Below are positions 9,325 through 17,892 of a stretch of DNA of 64,000 nucleotides, in pieces; position 1 is the stretch's first letter, and every line of letters begins with the position of its first letter. The stretch is from Polyangiaceae bacterium. GTDB lineage: Bacteria > Myxococcota_A > Polyangia > Polyangiales > Polyangiaceae. The stretch spans positions 1 through 64,000 of the forward strand of contig JBILLK010000009.1 of the NCBI GenBank assembly GCA_044376115.1, given 5' to 3'. The position numbers were made by a program, and so were the translations under genes. The notes beneath the pieces were generated by a model, which was given only the letters and a program-made list of their open reading frames with translations, was not told the origin of the DNA and searched no databases.

Positions 9325-9810
9325 ATGTTGAAGTCGCTGAAGTTTGCTGCGTTCGTTAGCCTTTGTTGCGTCTCCTGTAGCTCGTACTCGGTTGGCTTCG
9401 TCGCCAATGACCCGCTCGATGTTCAGGCCGCGGTGCCGCCCGAACATGGCCTCGTGTGCGTGGTGCGTACCAGCTTGGTGGGCGCTGCGCTCACGCTGCC
9501 GATCCGCGACAACGGCAAGTTGGTGGGCGCGACCGAGGGGCCCAGTCACTTCTGTTATCGCGCCGGTGTGGGTCGCCATCGCTTGACGGTGGAGGTGAGC
9601 GACGCCGACGCGATCGAACTCGCTGTGAGCGGCGGTGATCGCCATTTCGTCGAGCATGCCGTTCGCTTCGGCAGCGACGAGCTGCTCGTGCTCAACGCCG
9701 AGCAAGGTCTTGCGGCGGTGACGAAGAGCGAGCCCACCGTGATCGAAGGTGGGCCAGAGGGGGAACCTTTGCCAGGAGAGGTGCCCTTTGCCGAGGCGCT
9801 CGCTGATTGA
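9325..9810 (+). CDS. DUF2846-like lipoprotein
   Basis: Lipobox VSC; LVCVVRTS...DNGKLVG...GRHRLTV pattern. Confidence 0.7.
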   Translation: MLKSLKFAAFVSLCCVSCSSYSVGFVANDPLDVQAAVPPEHGLVCVVRTSLVGAALTLPIRDNGKLVGATEGPSHFCYRAGVGRHRLTVEVSDADAIELAVSGGDRHFVEHAVRFGSDELLVLNAEQGLAAVTKSEPTVIEGGPEGEPLPGEVPFAEALAD

Positions 9811-10940
9811 GCCCAGCGCGCGTTGCTTTCGGCTCTGCTACCTTGGCTGGCGTGAGCCTTTCTTCTCGTTCGCTGGTCGCTGTGTTGGGGCTTGGGCTAT
9901 TGGTCGCTTGCGGTGATGACGCGAGCTCCTCGGGGGGCGGTGGTAGCGGCGCCGCTACGCAGGGAGGCAATAACGAGGGCGGCGCAGGTGGCAGCGGCGC
10001 CTCTTCGGCCGAGGGCGGGCAAGGCGGAACCAGCAGCAGCGGTGGACAAAACGCGGGCGGAAGTGGCGGCAGTACTCCGACTGGCGAGCCGTTGTTCGTG
10101 GCCGTTGGTTACGGCGGGCGGCGGATGCGTTCGGTCGATGGCAGCGCCTGGACCAATGACGTGGTGGTCGATCCGAACGGCGGCGACGACAACACGCTCT
10201 TCCGCGGGGTGGGCTTCGGTGACGGCGTGTTCGTCGCAGTGGGCGGCTCCTCCGAAGGGCAGATCCTCACCACGGAAAACGGCATCGACTGGACCACCCG
10301 CACTCCAGCGTCTTCCTGGCTCGGCGACGTCACCTTCGAAGACGGCGTTTTCATCGCAGCGGGCGGCAACGGGCTGCGCCAACGCTCGCTCGATCTCGGC
10401 GCCACCTGGATCGATCCGGGGCCGTATTACGCCGGGCATTTCCGCGGCATCGCGTCGGGCGGCGGCGTGGTGGTGGCAGCCGGCCACACCTACGGCGGTA
10501 ACGATCAAGGGCTGATCATGCGCTCGACCGATCTCGGTGCGACCTGGGAGAGCGAGATCGTCGGTGGGCCGCAGTTCGGCTCGATCGCTTACGGTGCCGG
10601 GCGTTTCGTGGCCGTCGGTCAAGACGGCTGTCGCAGCTCAGCCGACGGCGCAGCCTGGAGTGATTGCGGTTTGGGTGGCGGTCTCGGCCGGGTGGTGTTC
10701 GCCAACGCGCAGTTCATCGTGCCCGAAGGCGGCGGCTATTCGCTCAGCGCCGATGGCGTGAGCTGGATGCATCTCGACGCACCCTCGCGCGGGGTCACGA
10801 CCTTCGGTGAAGGCCTCTACCTCGCGATCGGTTGGCCCGACCGCATCGAGACCAGCGCCGACCTGCTGAGCTTCAACGTCGTGAATCAGGACACCGGCCC
10901 AGCGCTCACCGAGATCGCCTTCGGTCATGTGAGCCCGTAG
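9807..10940 (+). CDS. Lipoprotein with BNR/Asp-box beta-propeller repeats
   Basis: Lipobox LVAC; repeated FVAVG...SxDGxxW motifs; start may be GTG 9852. Confidence 0.82.
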   Translation: MSPARVAFGSATLAGVSLSSRSLVAVLGLGLLVACGDDASSSGGGGSGAATQGGNNEGGAGGSGASSAEGGQGGTSSSGGQNAGGSGGSTPTGEPLFVAVGYGGRRMRSVDGSAWTNDVVVDPNGGDDNTLFRGVGFGDGVFVAVGGSSEGQILTTENGIDWTTRTPASSWLGDVTFEDGVFIAAGGNGLRQRSLDLGATWIDPGPYYAGHFRGIASGGGVVVAAGHTYGGNDQGLIMRSTDLGATWESEIVGGPQFGSIAYGAGRFVAVGQDGCRSSADGAAWSDCGLGGGLGRVVFANAQFIVPEGGGYSLSADGVSWMHLDAPSRGVTTFGEGLYLAIGWPDRIETSADLLSFNVVNQDTGPALTEIAFGHVSP

Positions 10941-11035
10941 CTCGCGCTTGCGAGAAGCGGCCGCACAAAGCGCTTCGTAGCTGGCCTCACGAAGCGCGTC
11001 GCAAGCGCTGGCATTGGGCGCGCCCACGCGCGGCT

Positions 11036-11236
11036 GTGACATTGGGGCGTGCGATAAACCATCGTCCCTACCAGTGTCGCTTCGAGCATCGGGCGGCGAC
11101 GAGGCCGTGCCGACGTGGGCAACGGCACTACGCGATTCCTTGCGAAAGCCGAGGCAGCTTGGTGCCCACCGCTGCTCGCCGACCGGAGGCTGCGACATTG
11201 GGGCGTGCGATAAACCATCGCCCCGAGCAATGTCGC
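11036..11236. repeat. Double-hairpin intergenic element, copy B
   Basis: Units 11036-11080 and 11192-11236, same 156-bp period; spacer homologous to copy A. Confidence 0.85.
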
Positions 11237-11358
11237 ACTGAGCGACCTCTGCGGCGTGCGGCCTCTGGGTTGGCCCTAACATCAAGGGCAATCGTCCGCT
11301 TGGTCTTCATCCTTGGCGGCTTCGGCGAATACGAAGGGGCGATCGGCGCGTAAGCCGT

Positions 11359-11751
11359 TTATTCGGCGAACACGCTGCTGGTACCGATCACCACGCCGGT
11401 ATCTTGATCGGTTGGGTCATTGCAGCACTTGGCTGGATCGCCCGCACGCGCCACGCCTTTGCCGTCGACGAAGACGGTGGTCGAGCCTTTTGAAACGGTG
11501 CCCTTGTTGGCCGGTGATTTCTGAAACGGGCCGCCCATCGGGATGTGCGGCGGCGTGTTGTTGGCGGCGCTCCCCTCCAACGCCACCGCGCGGTTGTCGA
11601 TGAAGGCGGTGGTGCTCAGCTCTTCGGTCAGCGGACCTGAGAACGGGTGGGGAAGTGGCGTTGGCACCGGGCCGCCCGGACTCGGGATCATGATTACGTG
11701 CGTATCCACTCCGACGATCAGATCTTGCTCCCGCGCGATCGGGCTTCCCAT
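11359..11751 (-). CDS. PAAR domain protein (T6SS spike tip)
   Basis: IAREQD...DTH..., GSTTVFVDGKGVARAGD, GTSSVF. Confidence 0.85.
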   Translation of the reverse strand: MGSPIAREQDLIVGVDTHVIMIPSPGGPVPTPLPHPFSGPLTEELSTTAFIDNRAVALEGSAANNTPPHIPMGGPFQKSPANKGTVSKGSTTVFVDGKGVARAGDPAKCCNDPTDQDTGVVIGTSSVFAE

Positions 11752-11789
11752 CGGCTTAGCCTAACGCACTTGCGAGCCTGTTGGCCGGC

Positions 11790-13397
11790 TCACGTGCCGC
11801 GTCGCAGCTCGGCCACGCGCAGGTCGGCGTAGTGTTGCCACTCGGCGCGTTCGGCGGGGGAGGTGTGCATGCGCAGCCGAAAGTACGCATCGAGGTGGAC
11901 GCGTTGTCCGGGGGTGATTTGCTCCCGCGCGAGCACCTGCGCTTCACTCAGGCCGCTCGCCTGAAGATCGACGCACAAGCGCGCGTAGCGCTGCAGGGTG
12001 AAGCCGAGCGGCGGCTCGCTGCTCGCCATGGTGCGGCCGCTTTGCTGCTGCTTGGGTGAGGGGAGCGGCGCTGGGGCAGCTGCGCCCGCGGCGAAGGGCA
12101 GCGCCGGGGCGCTTGGGTAAAGGCCGGGGTCCTGGGTGCGGTCGGCGTCGAGCGTGCTGGCCAAGGCTGCGTTGGGCGCGCCACCACCGGCAAAGGGCAG
12201 CGGCTTCTGCAACAAGGCCTCATTGACGAAGCTTGTTTCATCCGGCGCAGGCGCGGAGGATTGGAAGGCTGCTTTCATCCGCGCGAGCACCGCGGCATCA
12301 GCGGCGTTGTGTTTGCCCAGCCGCTCATCGGCGGCCTTCTGGGCACGTCTGCGCACCGAGTCCGGCTTCGCGTCGGGGTCCTTGGTGAAAGGCACCGGGC
12401 GCTTCCTGCGCAGCTCGCTCACGTCGAGCTCATCGGTGCCGGTGGGGCCAGTCCTCGGCGGGGAGGAAGGCGCGTTCGCAGCGAGCGCCGCGTCGAACTG
12501 GGCGCGCAGACCCGGTTCCAATTCGAAGCGTCGTCGGAAGTGTTCGTGCACCAAGCGACGGCTATCCGGCGTGACCAAGCCAAAGCGCAACATCGTGCTC
12601 TCGGCTTGTTCGGGCTGTTGTCGCAGGCCTCGCGCGAGCTGCACGTATTGTTCGAGCGTCCAGGCGGCGAAGCTGAGCTCGGCCGGCGGTGGTTGGCTCG
12701 GAACGAGGGCCGGGCTCGGGACGGGGGCTGGGCTCGGGATTGGCGCCGGGCTCGGGATTGGAGCTGGGTTCGGGATTGGAGCTGGGTTCGGTACGGGCGC
12801 AACTTGGAAGCTCGCCAGCACCCGCTGCACCACCGGCGCGCCCACCGACTCCGGTGCGTGAGCGAACTCGGGCTCGGGCTTGGGCTCGGCCGGGCGCGCA
12901 ACCGGGGCCGACTTCGGCGTCCACGGAAATGGCCGCAGCTCGACCGCTCCGGCGCGAATGCTGGCCGGCGGGTTGGGCGTTTTGGCGAGCTCGACCATGT
13001 TGGCCGCGAGCGCTGGATCCTTGACCGCGCGCGCCTTCCACACGCGACCGAGCCGGCCGACGTCCTGCAGGCTGATGCCGAGCCCATCCAAAAGCGCGTT
13101 CGGATCGAGCGAGGTCGCGATCGCGCCGAGCAGGCTCACCCACGCTCCAGCGTCCTCGTCGATCGGCGAGAGGGCGCGCGCGAGGCAGTCTTCGGCGATA
13201 CGCAGCTTCTGGGTGTATTCGAGCTGGGTCTCGAGCGAGCCGGCGATGCTCTGCTTCCAATGGAGCTCACCCTCACGAAAGGCAGCTTCTTCCACTTGCT
13301 CCTGGGCCAGCACCGCCGCGAGCGGCAGCTTCAACGCAAGGGCCGCACTGATCCCAGCGTATTGCTCGAGCGAGATGGGCGACTCGGAGGAAGGCAC
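11790..13397 (-). CDS. Hypothetical protein with repeated helical LEQYA-type modules and Pro-rich linkers
   Basis: ISLEQYAGISAAL, WTLEQYVQLARGL, FTLQRYARLCVDL; PAPIP repeats. Confidence 0.8.
   Translation of the reverse strand: MPSSESPISLEQYAGISAALALKLPLAAVLAQEQVEEAAFREGELHWKQSIAGSLETQLEYTQKLRIAEDCLARALSPIDEDAGAWVSLLGAIATSLDPNALLDGLGISLQDVGRLGRVWKARAVKDPALAANMVELAKTPNPPASIRAGAVELRPFPWTPKSAPVARPAEPKPEPEFAHAPESVGAPVVQRVLASFQVAPVPNPAPIPNPAPIPSPAPIPSPAPVPSPALVPSQPPPAELSFAAWTLEQYVQLARGLRQQPEQAESTMLRFGLVTPDSRRLVHEHFRRRFELEPGLRAQFDAALAANAPSSPPRTGPTGTDELDVSELRRKRPVPFTKDPDAKPDSVRRRAQKAADERLGKHNAADAAVLARMKAAFQSSAPAPDETSFVNEALLQKPLPFAGGGAPNAALASTLDADRTQDPGLYPSAPALPFAAGAAAPAPLPSPKQQQSGRTMASSEPPLGFTLQRYARLCVDLQASGLSEAQVLAREQITPGQRVHLDAYFRLRMHTSPAERAEWQHYADLRVAELRRGT
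12708..12800 (-). repeat. 18-bp tandem repeat encoding PAP(I/V)P(N/S)
   Basis: About 5 units within the CDS. Confidence 0.75.
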
Positions 13398-13525
13398 GCG
13401 AATACGCTAGCAAATGACCAGCCGCTGCATGCGCTTGTTTCGCCCATTGGCGCGAGCGACCCGTTCGCGGCCACGTGCGTCGCGATTGCTCGACCGGACG
13501 GTTCGCCGGTGGTATGACGATGAGT

Positions 13526-13783
13526 ATGACCATGTCGAAGATCGCGGTCAGTATTCCACCGCACCTGCTCGCCTCTGCAAAGCGTGCGGTCCGTGAGGGG
13601 CGTGCTTCCAGCGTGAGTGACTTTGTCTCGATGGCGATGGAAGAAAAAGCCAAGCTTGATGATCTTCGGTCGCTACTCGACGAGATGCTGCTCGAGTCGG
13701 GGGGAGCGCTCTCGCGTAGCGAACGGGCCGAAGCCGAGCGTGAGCTCGGCATCAAGGTCGGGCGAAAGCGCACGGCCGCGTGA
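13526..13783 (+). CDS. Ribbon-helix-helix antitoxin (VapB-like)
   Basis: SKIAVSIP...AVREGRASSVSDFV; overlaps the toxin start (GTGA). Confidence 0.8.
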   Translation: MTMSKIAVSIPPHLLASAKRAVREGRASSVSDFVSMAMEEKAKLDDLRSLLDEMLLESGGALSRSERAEAERELGIKVGRKRTAA

Positions 13784-14157
13784 ACGGTCTAACGCTCGAT
13801 TCCGGCGCTCTGATTGCATTCGAGCGAAACGAGCGTCGGGTGGTGTCCCTACTGCGCGTCGCATTGGAGGCCGGGCTACCTTTGACCGTGCCATCGGTGG
13901 TCGTTGCCCAGGTTTGGCGCGACGGCTCGAAGCAGGTGTTGCTAGCTCGGCTTCTCGGCCACTCTGGGCTCTTGATAGAGCCGCTCCACGATGTGATCGC
14001 TCGCAAGGCGGGTCAGCTTTGCGGCGTCACAAGAACGAAGGACATCGTAGATGCGGCCGTGGTCGTCTCCGCCTTGGGCCGCAAGGACAAGATTCTCACG
14101 TCGGACATCGAGGACCTTCGGCGGCTTTCGGCCAGTGTGCAGCTGATCCGGGTGTGA
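13780..14157 (+). CDS. vapC: PIN-domain toxin (VapC-like)
   Basis: LTLDSGALIA, VVAQVWR, DIVDAAVV, ILTSDxxD acidic motifs. Confidence 0.85.
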   Translation: MNGLTLDSGALIAFERNERRVVSLLRVALEAGLPLTVPSVVVAQVWRDGSKQVLLARLLGHSGLLIEPLHDVIARKAGQLCGVTRTKDIVDAAVVVSALGRKDKILTSDIEDLRRLSASVQLIRV

Positions 14158-14204
14158 GTGGGTCAAGCGTGTTCGTCCGCCCTCGAATTCGTTAGCCTCG
14201 AGCG

Positions 14205-14702
14205 ATGCGCCGCCGGCTGATGGCACTACTTCCGTTTCTGTTCGCTGCAGCAAGTTGCGGCGACGAGCCCGGAACGTTGGAGGTGAAGGTTCACACCGAA
14301 CTATGTTCGCCAGGTGGTGAAACGGAGCTGAGTGAGGTCGGCATCCTGCTTGGCTCGGGGCTCGATCTCCTGGACCCACCCGAGTTTGCGGCGCGTTTTG
14401 AGGGCTGCGCCGAGGTGAGTGATGGCGTGATCTTCGAGCAGAGCTTCGTCCCGCCAGAGGGGATGCACCAGGTGATCGTTATTGCCGCTGTCAAGCGAGG
14501 GGACGAGGTCGGCACCGTGGACGGTTGTTTGCACGAACTGACCAAGCCGTTCGTCGACAAGTACTTTGCGCCCTGCTTGATCGCGGCGCGGTACGTATGG
14601 ACTGTGCCCAACAGCGAGACCATGATCGACTTGCCGTTGCGCGACGACTGCTTTTTGCCGTCGTCTTGCAGCGCTCAATGCTTCGATGAGTGGTGCGATT
14701 GA
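14205..14702 (+). CDS. Hypothetical lipoprotein
   Basis: Lipobox AASC; several Cys. Confidence 0.7.
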   Translation: MRRRLMALLPFLFAAASCGDEPGTLEVKVHTELCSPGGETELSEVGILLGSGLDLLDPPEFAARFEGCAEVSDGVIFEQSFVPPEGMHQVIVIAAVKRGDEVGTVDGCLHELTKPFVDKYFAPCLIAARYVWTVPNSETMIDLPLRDDCFLPSSCSAQCFDEWCD

Positions 14703-14746
14703 GCCCGCGTTTCGTGGCGCCGAACGGCTCTTCAACAAGGCTTCGC

Positions 14747-15538
14747 TCAGCCTAGTTGCTCGAGCCAAAACAAGTTGGGCTCTCCCTCCAGCTTGTCGCT
14801 CGCAACCATCGGCGTCGAGCCGAGCATCACGAGACCCTCTGCCTTCTTTGTTTCCTTATCCAACTTCCAGCGTTCGAGCACTCTCGCCTCGCCACCTTCG
14901 GCGGGTAGCGTGCTCTCGATTTCAGCGATGCATTTGGAGGCGTCGCTAACGAGAAAGAGCCGCCCATCGCGGACCGCGACGTCGCTGATATCCTCGAGTT
15001 CGACCGACCACGATTGCAGCTCCTCGAAGACGGTATCGGGCGTCGGCCAAGGGAAGGACTCTGGCTCGAATAGACCGGCGTGAATCCCGCTGCTCGCGGC
15101 TCCGCGCGGGCCCACCTCGACCAAACGCGCGGGCCGCTTCTCCTGCAGGACCAGCAGGTGCCCATTGCGCAGCAGAAGCACGCCCTCCGCGCCCGAATTG
15201 CCCTCATGGGTGGGCAGCTCGAGTACGCCGAGCAACGTGTCGACCTGCGCGTTGAAAGCGATCAATCGGCCGCGCTCCTGCAAGACGTAGAGATTTCCCG
15301 CACCGTCCGCCGCGAGGCCCTCCCATTCACCGCAGGCCTCCTCAGCAATCAGGCTGCGCACGTCGATCGTGCGCACGCTCGTGATCTCCCCCTGATCGCC
15401 AAGGCTCGCGATCACGATGCACGAACTCTCGTCCCCGACCGCACAGAGCTCGCGCTGCGAGCCGACCGCACGCAGCGCCAGACTCGAGACCTCCGCCATC
15501 GGCAGCGTGAAGGACTTCAGGATCGCGAGCTTCGCCAT
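14747..15538 (-). CDS. SdiA-regulated/YjiK-like beta-propeller protein
   Basis: Repeated EGL/EGV motifs, LYVLQE, DISDVAV, LFLVSDAS. Confidence 0.7.
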   Translation of the reverse strand: MAKLAILKSFTLPMAEVSSLALRAVGSQRELCAVGDESSCIVIASLGDQGEITSVRTIDVRSLIAEEACGEWEGLAADGAGNLYVLQERGRLIAFNAQVDTLLGVLELPTHEGNSGAEGVLLLRNGHLLVLQEKRPARLVEVGPRGAASSGIHAGLFEPESFPWPTPDTVFEELQSWSVELEDISDVAVRDGRLFLVSDASKCIAEIESTLPAEGGEARVLERWKLDKETKKAEGLVMLGSTPMVASDKLEGEPNLFWLEQLG

Positions 15539-15572
15539 CGCGGTAGGCTACACGAGACCGATTGCGCTACCG

Positions 15573-16394
15573 CTAGCGAGTATTGGGCGTTTGAAGAGCC
15601 TCCAGTTCCTCGGTCGTGAGCTCTAGGTTGGCGCTCTCCAAATCGAGCCGCATATGAGCCAGCTTGCTTGTGCCAGTGAGTGGAAGCATGCCCACCGCGA
15701 TGGCAAAACGAAAGATGACCTGCTCGGGGGTGGCGTTCAGTCGCTTTGCGACTCGCTGGACCGTCTTGCCCCGCAGTACCTCCCGATTGGCGGTTAGCAA
15801 CGAGAATCCCTGATAGCGAACCTGATGCTGAGCACAAATCGCTCGCACCTCGGCGTCCCAGCCTTTGGAGGCGTAGCAGCGGTTCTGTACGAAATGGGGC
15901 GGCACGGCCTCCTCGAGCAGGAGCGCGAGCTGTTCGGCGGTCACGTTGCTGATGCCTATATGGGTGACGCCGCCAGCCGCGCGAAGCGCCGTCATTGCGC
16001 GCCATACCTCGCGGTCCGCTTCACATAGTCCGCTGGCGTGGGTCGGCCCGTGAAGCACCAAGGAGTCCAAGCGGTCGACGGCGAGGTGTGCAAGAGAGCT
16101 GCGAAAGGACTGTTCAACCTGCGCGCCGAACGTCGCCGAGGGATCGAACGGAAGTCGATGATCCTGCCCGCGAGCGAACGTGAATTTGGTCTGAAGGAAG
16201 AGCTCGTCCCTCGTTACTACACCGTCGGAAAAGGCGCGGGAGAGGGCCTCGCCCAGCCCCTGCTCGAAGTAGTGCTTTCGTTGATTGGCAGTGTCAAACC
16301 CACGAAAGCCAGCCGTCAGTGCGTCGGCCACCAAAGCCGCCGTCCGCTCTTCTTTCCAAGCCGTGCCATAGAGGAAGCTGGGAATGGATTTCAT
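15573..16394 (-). CDS. Aldo/keto reductase
   Basis: YGTAW, GFDTA...Y, LQTK, LVLHGP, IGISN. Confidence 0.92.
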   Translation of the reverse strand: MKSIPSFLYGTAWKEERTAALVADALTAGFRGFDTANQRKHYFEQGLGEALSRAFSDGVVTRDELFLQTKFTFARGQDHRLPFDPSATFGAQVEQSFRSSLAHLAVDRLDSLVLHGPTHASGLCEADREVWRAMTALRAAGGVTHIGISNVTAEQLALLLEEAVPPHFVQNRCYASKGWDAEVRAICAQHQVRYQGFSLLTANREVLRGKTVQRVAKRLNATPEQVIFRFAIAVGMLPLTGTSKLAHMRLDLESANLELTTEELEALQTPNTR

Positions 16395-16491
16395 CGCGGT
16401 AAGGTAGACCAGGCGCTTTGAGTTGCATCATCCGCTGCTATATCCCCGTCAATTCTGCGCTGGACCGGTTTGCCCGCGATACGCTCGCTCG

Positions 16492-16800
16492 GTGCAATTC
16501 ATACGACTCGGAATGGCCCTGCTTCTTGTCCTCGGGCTCGCCGCTTGCGGCGGCATCGTCAACTTTGCGCCCGCCGATGAGGATTCGTGCGACGGCAAAA
16601 GCTGCGGTGCCGAATGCGACGGCGGCATCTGCAACGAGGATGGCGTCTGCTCCCTCGCTGGGGACGTCGTTTGTGCGCCGCAATGTGTGCTCGGAGCGTG
16701 CGCCGACTCCTGCTCGATCTGTGTGGGAGAGGACTGCGTTACCGGATTTTGCAACGCTGAGGGCGAGTGCGTCGAGGGGGGCGTGGTTTGCCCGAACTGA
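16492..16800 (+). CDS. Small Cys-rich lipoprotein
   Basis: Lipobox LAAC; two CxxGxCNxxGxC repeats; start uncertain. Confidence 0.7.
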   Translation: MQFIRLGMALLLVLGLAACGGIVNFAPADEDSCDGKSCGAECDGGICNEDGVCSLAGDVVCAPQCVLGACADSCSICVGEDCVTGFCNAEGECVEGGVVCPN

Positions 16801-16912
16801 AGCTCGACCTCTGAGCCGAGGAGGTCGCGCGCGCTGTTCCTGATGAGCAATGAGGCCGTCACTGGAGTCGCGCAGTGTTGCGCGCTGTGGAAAGGCATCT
16901 ACCATGGGCGCA

Positions 16913-17811
16913 ATGCGCCACTTCGACGTTCCCTACGCCCTGCCCGCCTGGAGATCGACGACTGAGTTGGAGCTCCGGGCGGAGGTGGCCGCGGTCGTCG
17001 CCGAGCTCGAGGCGAGGCCGATCTTCGGTCCGCTGGAGATGTTTGGGCCCACGCGGGATGGCTCCAACTCCATCAATGGTTCGTTGTCCCCGAGGAGATC
17101 CGTGCGCTGCTCCATCACGCTAGCCCGGTCGTACGCTGACATGCCGTCCGTGCGCTCCGTCAACACTGCCCCGAGCGCGTCGCCTTGCTCAGGCGCCTGT
17201 TGTGCGATTCCAGCGTGGTGGTTCACAAGCACGGCGGCTGCGTCCAGGATGAGCACCTCCAGGTCTGGCAACACGCGCTGATGGCGATTCTGTGGAGCGC
17301 TGGGCCCGCTGCCGACGAGCTAAAGCAGCAGCTGGCTCAGGAGCCGGTCTATCACGTCAGCATCATCGTACGCTCTCACCTCGCCAATGAGGCGGACCCC
17401 ATGCGCCACGCCCACTCGATGGATGTCGGCTCATCCATTGCGATGGGCCAGGGCTTCACTCCTGAACTTGAAGCTCTGCTCGATAAGGCGTTCGTCGAGG
17501 AGGATGTCACCCAGATCCCCCTGCTCACCGAGGTCGCAAACTGGCATTCCCTGCGACACTCCGCGGTGGCGGGAGCGGCGCTCCTCAGCTACGAAGCCAT
17601 CACGCTCGAGGAAAGGCTGCGCATCTCGCGAGCTGCTCTCGGGGCCGTTGAGGAACTCGAGAGTCGGCTTTATTCGTTTCGCCGCGCAGGCGCGGCGCAC
17701 TACCCGCGCGTGTTCAGCGCTGTGCAGGCCTTGGTCGCTTCGGCCCCTCAGTTCGCCAAGTTGCAGCGTAGTTTGGATTGGTGCGCGGGGTATTCACCGC
17801 GTCGTCACTGA
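16913..17811 (+). pseudogene. Disrupted helical (HEAT-like) protein gene
   Basis: Frame change between ~17020 and 17075, then EEIRALLHHASPVVR*HAVRAL with TGA 17137-17139 in frame with ORF 17185-17811. Confidence 0.55.
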
Positions 17812-17892
17812 TTCAGCTCGAACGCAGCGCGGGCCTCCGGTGCAAACGTTTGCGTCGGACGGAGACGCTCGAGGCTGTGATATTCCCACGGC

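Noticed and set aside
17137..17139. Selenocysteine readthrough
   Set aside because: No redox motif context, and the gene also carries a frameshift
17868..17890. Partial match GGCTGTGATATT to the hairpin element
   Set aside because: Too short; lacks the core and the closing stem
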